This document shows, piece after piece, positions 61,032 to 64,000 of a stretch of DNA of 64,000 bases (positions are counted from its first letter, which is position 1; the number at the start of each line of letters is the position of its first letter). Source of the stretch: a virus. The stretch covers positions 47,612 to 111,611 of the IMG/VR virus record IMGVR_UViG_3300032242_001941. One strand, 5' to 3'. The notes beneath the pieces are model-generated. The model did no database searches. It had not been told where the DNA came from and was given only the letters and a program-made list of their open reading frames with translations. The translations under genes were made by a program, and so were the position numbers.

Positions 61032-63671
61032 ATGGCACAGCCAGTATGGATTACTCCTCCTGGAAGTTTAGGAACTATACCAGAAGGTGTGTTCTATAGT
61101 ATTCCATTAGTAGCTGTTGCTGACGATACAGTATACTATCAAGTTATAGCAGGCAGAGTGCCACCGGGTATTCAAGTCGCCGAAACTGGTATTTTGTCAG
61201 GAAATCCCCAGACCCCGGCTACAGTACAAGGAGTTCCGTTGGATGTAACACATGATACTACCAGTCAATTTGTGGTACGTGCTTATACTATACACACTGC
61301 CGCTGGAATATCCATACCAAACGCTCTAGCAGATCGTACATTTGCAATAACAGTAACAGGATCAGCTACTGTAAATTGGCGTACACCGGCTGGTCGTATA
61401 GCCACTTATAATGATGGAACACAAGTATATGACCTTCGAGTAGAATATACTGACCTTAATCCAAGTTCTATAAATGTAGTAACCCTAATTGATGGATCTT
61501 TGCCACCAGGGTTGACTATATCTAACAAAGGAGTAATTTCTGGTTATATTACTCCTGATTTTACTACACATATCACTCAGCACACTTACACATTTACGTT
61601 AAGAGTTACCAACGGAGCCTCAACAGATGTAAGGACATTTAGCATTTTGATATTTGCTCGTGCAACAATGACTGCCGACAATGCATATCCACTACCGCCA
61701 CCAAATCAGCTTTATCTCTCGGCAGACCAGACATTCCCTACCGCAGACGAAACACCTATCCAAACGCCAATCATTACTACTGTGCCAGGTAGCATTGGTT
61801 CTACTCGTAGTGATAATTTTTATGCATTTCAATTTACTGGATTTGATCCGTACTACAATACGTTTGAATTTATTGCCACCACTGATCTTCCGCCAGGTCT
61901 AACACTTGACCCTACCACTGGCTGGCTCTATGGTTTTATACCCTACGGTGGTGTAGTATCTGCCGATTATACATTTGATATTATTGCGGCCGAAACAAAC
62001 GACTTTGTAACTCCTATAACTGGTATATCGGGTAACGGAACAACGGTCACAGTAACTTTTGCCGCACAACCTACACCACCGTATCCAATAGGTGAAACAA
62101 TTGTGGTTGCCAATGTGAATCCAGCCATGTATAACGGAGGCTATACTGTTACTGCCTGCACTACTACTTCGGTAACATATGCTAGCTCTACCACTGCTAA
62201 TTATGTGTCCGGGGGAGTAATAGCCAGCAATTTTAGTCCTCCATATACTTTTAGTTTAACTATAACTGGACCGATAAACACAGACGTTGTTTGGTTGACT
62301 CCTGCTGACCCAATTGAGCGAGCCCGAAATCCTAGTAGTTTAGGGTCGATTGATAACGGAGCTACCAGCACTTTTTATGTCAAGGCAGTTACCGTTTCTG
62401 GCATTTCGTTACAGTATCAATTACTGTCCGGAAGTGCCAGCCGACTACCACAAGGTTTAGAACTATTAACATCTGGAAATATTGCAGGTCGTGTAAGTTT
62501 TGATACATTTGCTTTAGATGGCGGCACTACAACATTTGATGTTGGACTTAATACTGTACTTGAACCAACAACGTTTGACATGGTAGCTGTATTCACAGTC
62601 AATGCGTATAGTGTTGATGGCCTGGTTAATGTAAATAAAACATTCTCAATTCGAGTAGTACGTCGCTACCAAGAGCCCTACGATAATTTGTACATACAGG
62701 CCATGCCTCCGCAGGATGATCGCGATCTGTTGAATAGTTTATTACAAAATCCAACTATTTTTAATCCTAATTTAATTTATCGCAATGATGATCCTAACTT
62801 TGGGGTGGCCAGCCGTGTGATCTATAATCATGCCTATGGACTTACAGCCGTTAACTATGATGACTATGTTGCCAGTATGAATCTTAATCATTATTGGAAA
62901 AATTTAGTGCTTGGACAAATTAAAACTGCCCAGGCTCGTGACGATCAGGGCAATGTGATCTATGAAGTAGTCTACAGCGAAGTCGTTGATGATCTAGTTA
63001 ACAATGATAACATTAGTGTAGATAAACAAGTGGTCCTGGCTTTTCCTATTAACAGAAACGAAATTACTGAAATTGATTCGGTCTATCCCAACAGTTTACA
63101 AAACATGCGCGATCAAGTGATTGATGTAGTAGGACAAGTTAGTAATGTATTACCGCGTTGGATGTTGAGTCGTCAGGACAATGGAACAGTTTTAGGATTT
63201 ACTCGTGCCTGGGTCTTGGCCTATACTAACCCGGGTCAAAGTGGGCAAATTGCCTATAATATTGCGACACAATTTGGAGCACAGCTTAATTTAGTAGATT
63301 TTGAAGCTGACCGTTACGAGTTAGATAACTTCTTAACTAAGAACTGGGATCGTGAAGCTCAACGATGGGACCCACAACCAAATGCTAATCCTGCTCCGGG
63401 TCCAAACTTAACTACATTTGATGTTAATACTGATCCGGCTCTCGGCACCATATTCGATGAGAATAGCCTGTTATTTACAGCACCGGTTGACATGTATAGC
63501 GACAATAATACTACAGAATATAACAAATATTTGTTGTTCCCTAAACGAACAATTACTCAAAGTATTCCACAAGTTAATCAAATCATATGGGTTAACGACT
63601 ACAGCGAAGTTCTTACCTGGGTCGACAATACAGATCACTCTCTGGCCTTTACTGGCACAAATACTGGATAA
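61032..63671 (+). CDS. virion structural protein with putative Ig-like (He_PIG) repeats
   Basis: repeated W.TP.GSLG...GSLPPGL.L...G.I.G units. Confidence 0.8.
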   Translation: MAQPVWITPPGSLGTIPEGVFYSIPLVAVADDTVYYQVIAGRVPPGIQVAETGILSGNPQTPATVQGVPLDVTHDTTSQFVVRAYTIHTAAGISIPNALADRTFAITVTGSATVNWRTPAGRIATYNDGTQVYDLRVEYTDLNPSSINVVTLIDGSLPPGLTISNKGVISGYITPDFTTHITQHTYTFTLRVTNGASTDVRTFSILIFARATMTADNAYPLPPPNQLYLSADQTFPTADETPIQTPIITTVPGSIGSTRSDNFYAFQFTGFDPYYNTFEFIATTDLPPGLTLDPTTGWLYGFIPYGGVVSADYTFDIIAAETNDFVTPITGISGNGTTVTVTFAAQPTPPYPIGETIVVANVNPAMYNGGYTVTACTTTSVTYASSTTANYVSGGVIASNFSPPYTFSLTITGPINTDVVWLTPADPIERARNPSSLGSIDNGATSTFYVKAVTVSGISLQYQLLSGSASRLPQGLELLTSGNIAGRVSFDTFALDGGTTTFDVGLNTVLEPTTFDMVAVFTVNAYSVDGLVNVNKTFSIRVVRRYQEPYDNLYIQAMPPQDDRDLLNSLLQNPTIFNPNLIYRNDDPNFGVASRVIYNHAYGLTAVNYDDYVASMNLNHYWKNLVLGQIKTAQARDDQGNVIYEVVYSEVVDDLVNNDNISVDKQVVLAFPINRNEITEIDSVYPNSLQNMRDQVIDVVGQVSNVLPRWMLSRQDNGTVLGFTRAWVLAYTNPGQSGQIAYNIATQFGAQLNLVDFEADRYELDNFLTKNWDREAQRWDPQPNANPAPGPNLTTFDVNTDPALGTIFDENSLLFTAPVDMYSDNNTTEYNKYLLFPKRTITQSIPQVNQIIWVNDYSEVLTWVDNTDHSLAFTGTNTG

Positions 63672-63700
63672 ATATCAGTTAACATACACTTAGGATTCAA

Positions 63701-64000
63701 ATGACTGTTCCATATATATTTGCCAACCAATCAGGTCCAGTAGCAGCAAGCGAACTTGATGCTAATTTTGCCTCTGTAACCGGTGCAACCGGTGCCCGCG
63801 GAGCAACCGGTGCTACCGGCGTTATAGGCGCAACAGGTGCTACAGGACCACAAGGAAGTACAGGTACCACCGGCGCCACAGGTGCCACTGGTATTGTTGG
63901 CTCTACAGGTATTCAGGGAAGTACTGGTGCCACTGGTGCAGGCGCTACAGGTGCCACTGGTATTGTTGGCTCTACAGGTATTCAGGGAAGTACTGGTGCC
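63701..64000 (+). CDS. collagen-like protein, 3' truncated (not in track)
   Basis: TAAATA upstream; [23 protein letters not shown] then GATG repeats to the window end; 69-nt tandem DNA repeat from 63872. Confidence 0.8.
   Translation, partial: MTVPYIFANQSGPVAASELDANFASVTGATGARGATGATGVIGATGATGPQGSTGTTGATGATGIVGSTGIQGSTGATGAGATGATGIVGSTGIQGSTGA

Overview
This 64-kb window is gene-dense, mostly + strand, and is best read as part of a large (jumbo, T4-like-regulated) phage genome. The host is probably a betaproteobacterium, inferred from the style of GroEL, ErpA, IF-1 and the desaturase. The phage call rests on T4-late-type TAAATA/TAAGTA promoters, repeated sigma70 early promoters feeding runs of tiny ORFs, and tail-fibre/collagen genes mixed with host-like genes. 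Host-like genes include proteostasis (clpX, clpP, clpS, groESL, hsp20), translation (rpsU, infA), redox/iron (SOD, erpA, heme oxygenase, rubrerythrin-rubredoxin), UV repair (uvsE), radical SAM, glycosyl- and methyltransferases. The most interesting elements are: (1) a curli-type secretion cluster (CsgF, CsgG, curlin-repeat protein) joined to a FecR protein and a CHASE2 adenylate cyclase, with a stand-alone copy of the cyclase C-terminal tail and a paralogous membrane-protein pair upstream, suggesting a trans-envelope signalling system; (2) a plcP-agt-like lipid-remodelling pair behind a Pho-box-like repeat; (3) a roughly 290-nt highly structured, possibly switching RNA ahead of a cell-wall hydrolase; (4) two ROSE-like thermometer cassettes, one driving an 8-codon ORF upstream of groESL; (5) a duplicated terminator-promoter cassette; (6) two paralogous three-gene fibre modules. 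No tRNA, rRNA or CRISPR array was seen. All calls come from motif reading by eye; no searches were run.
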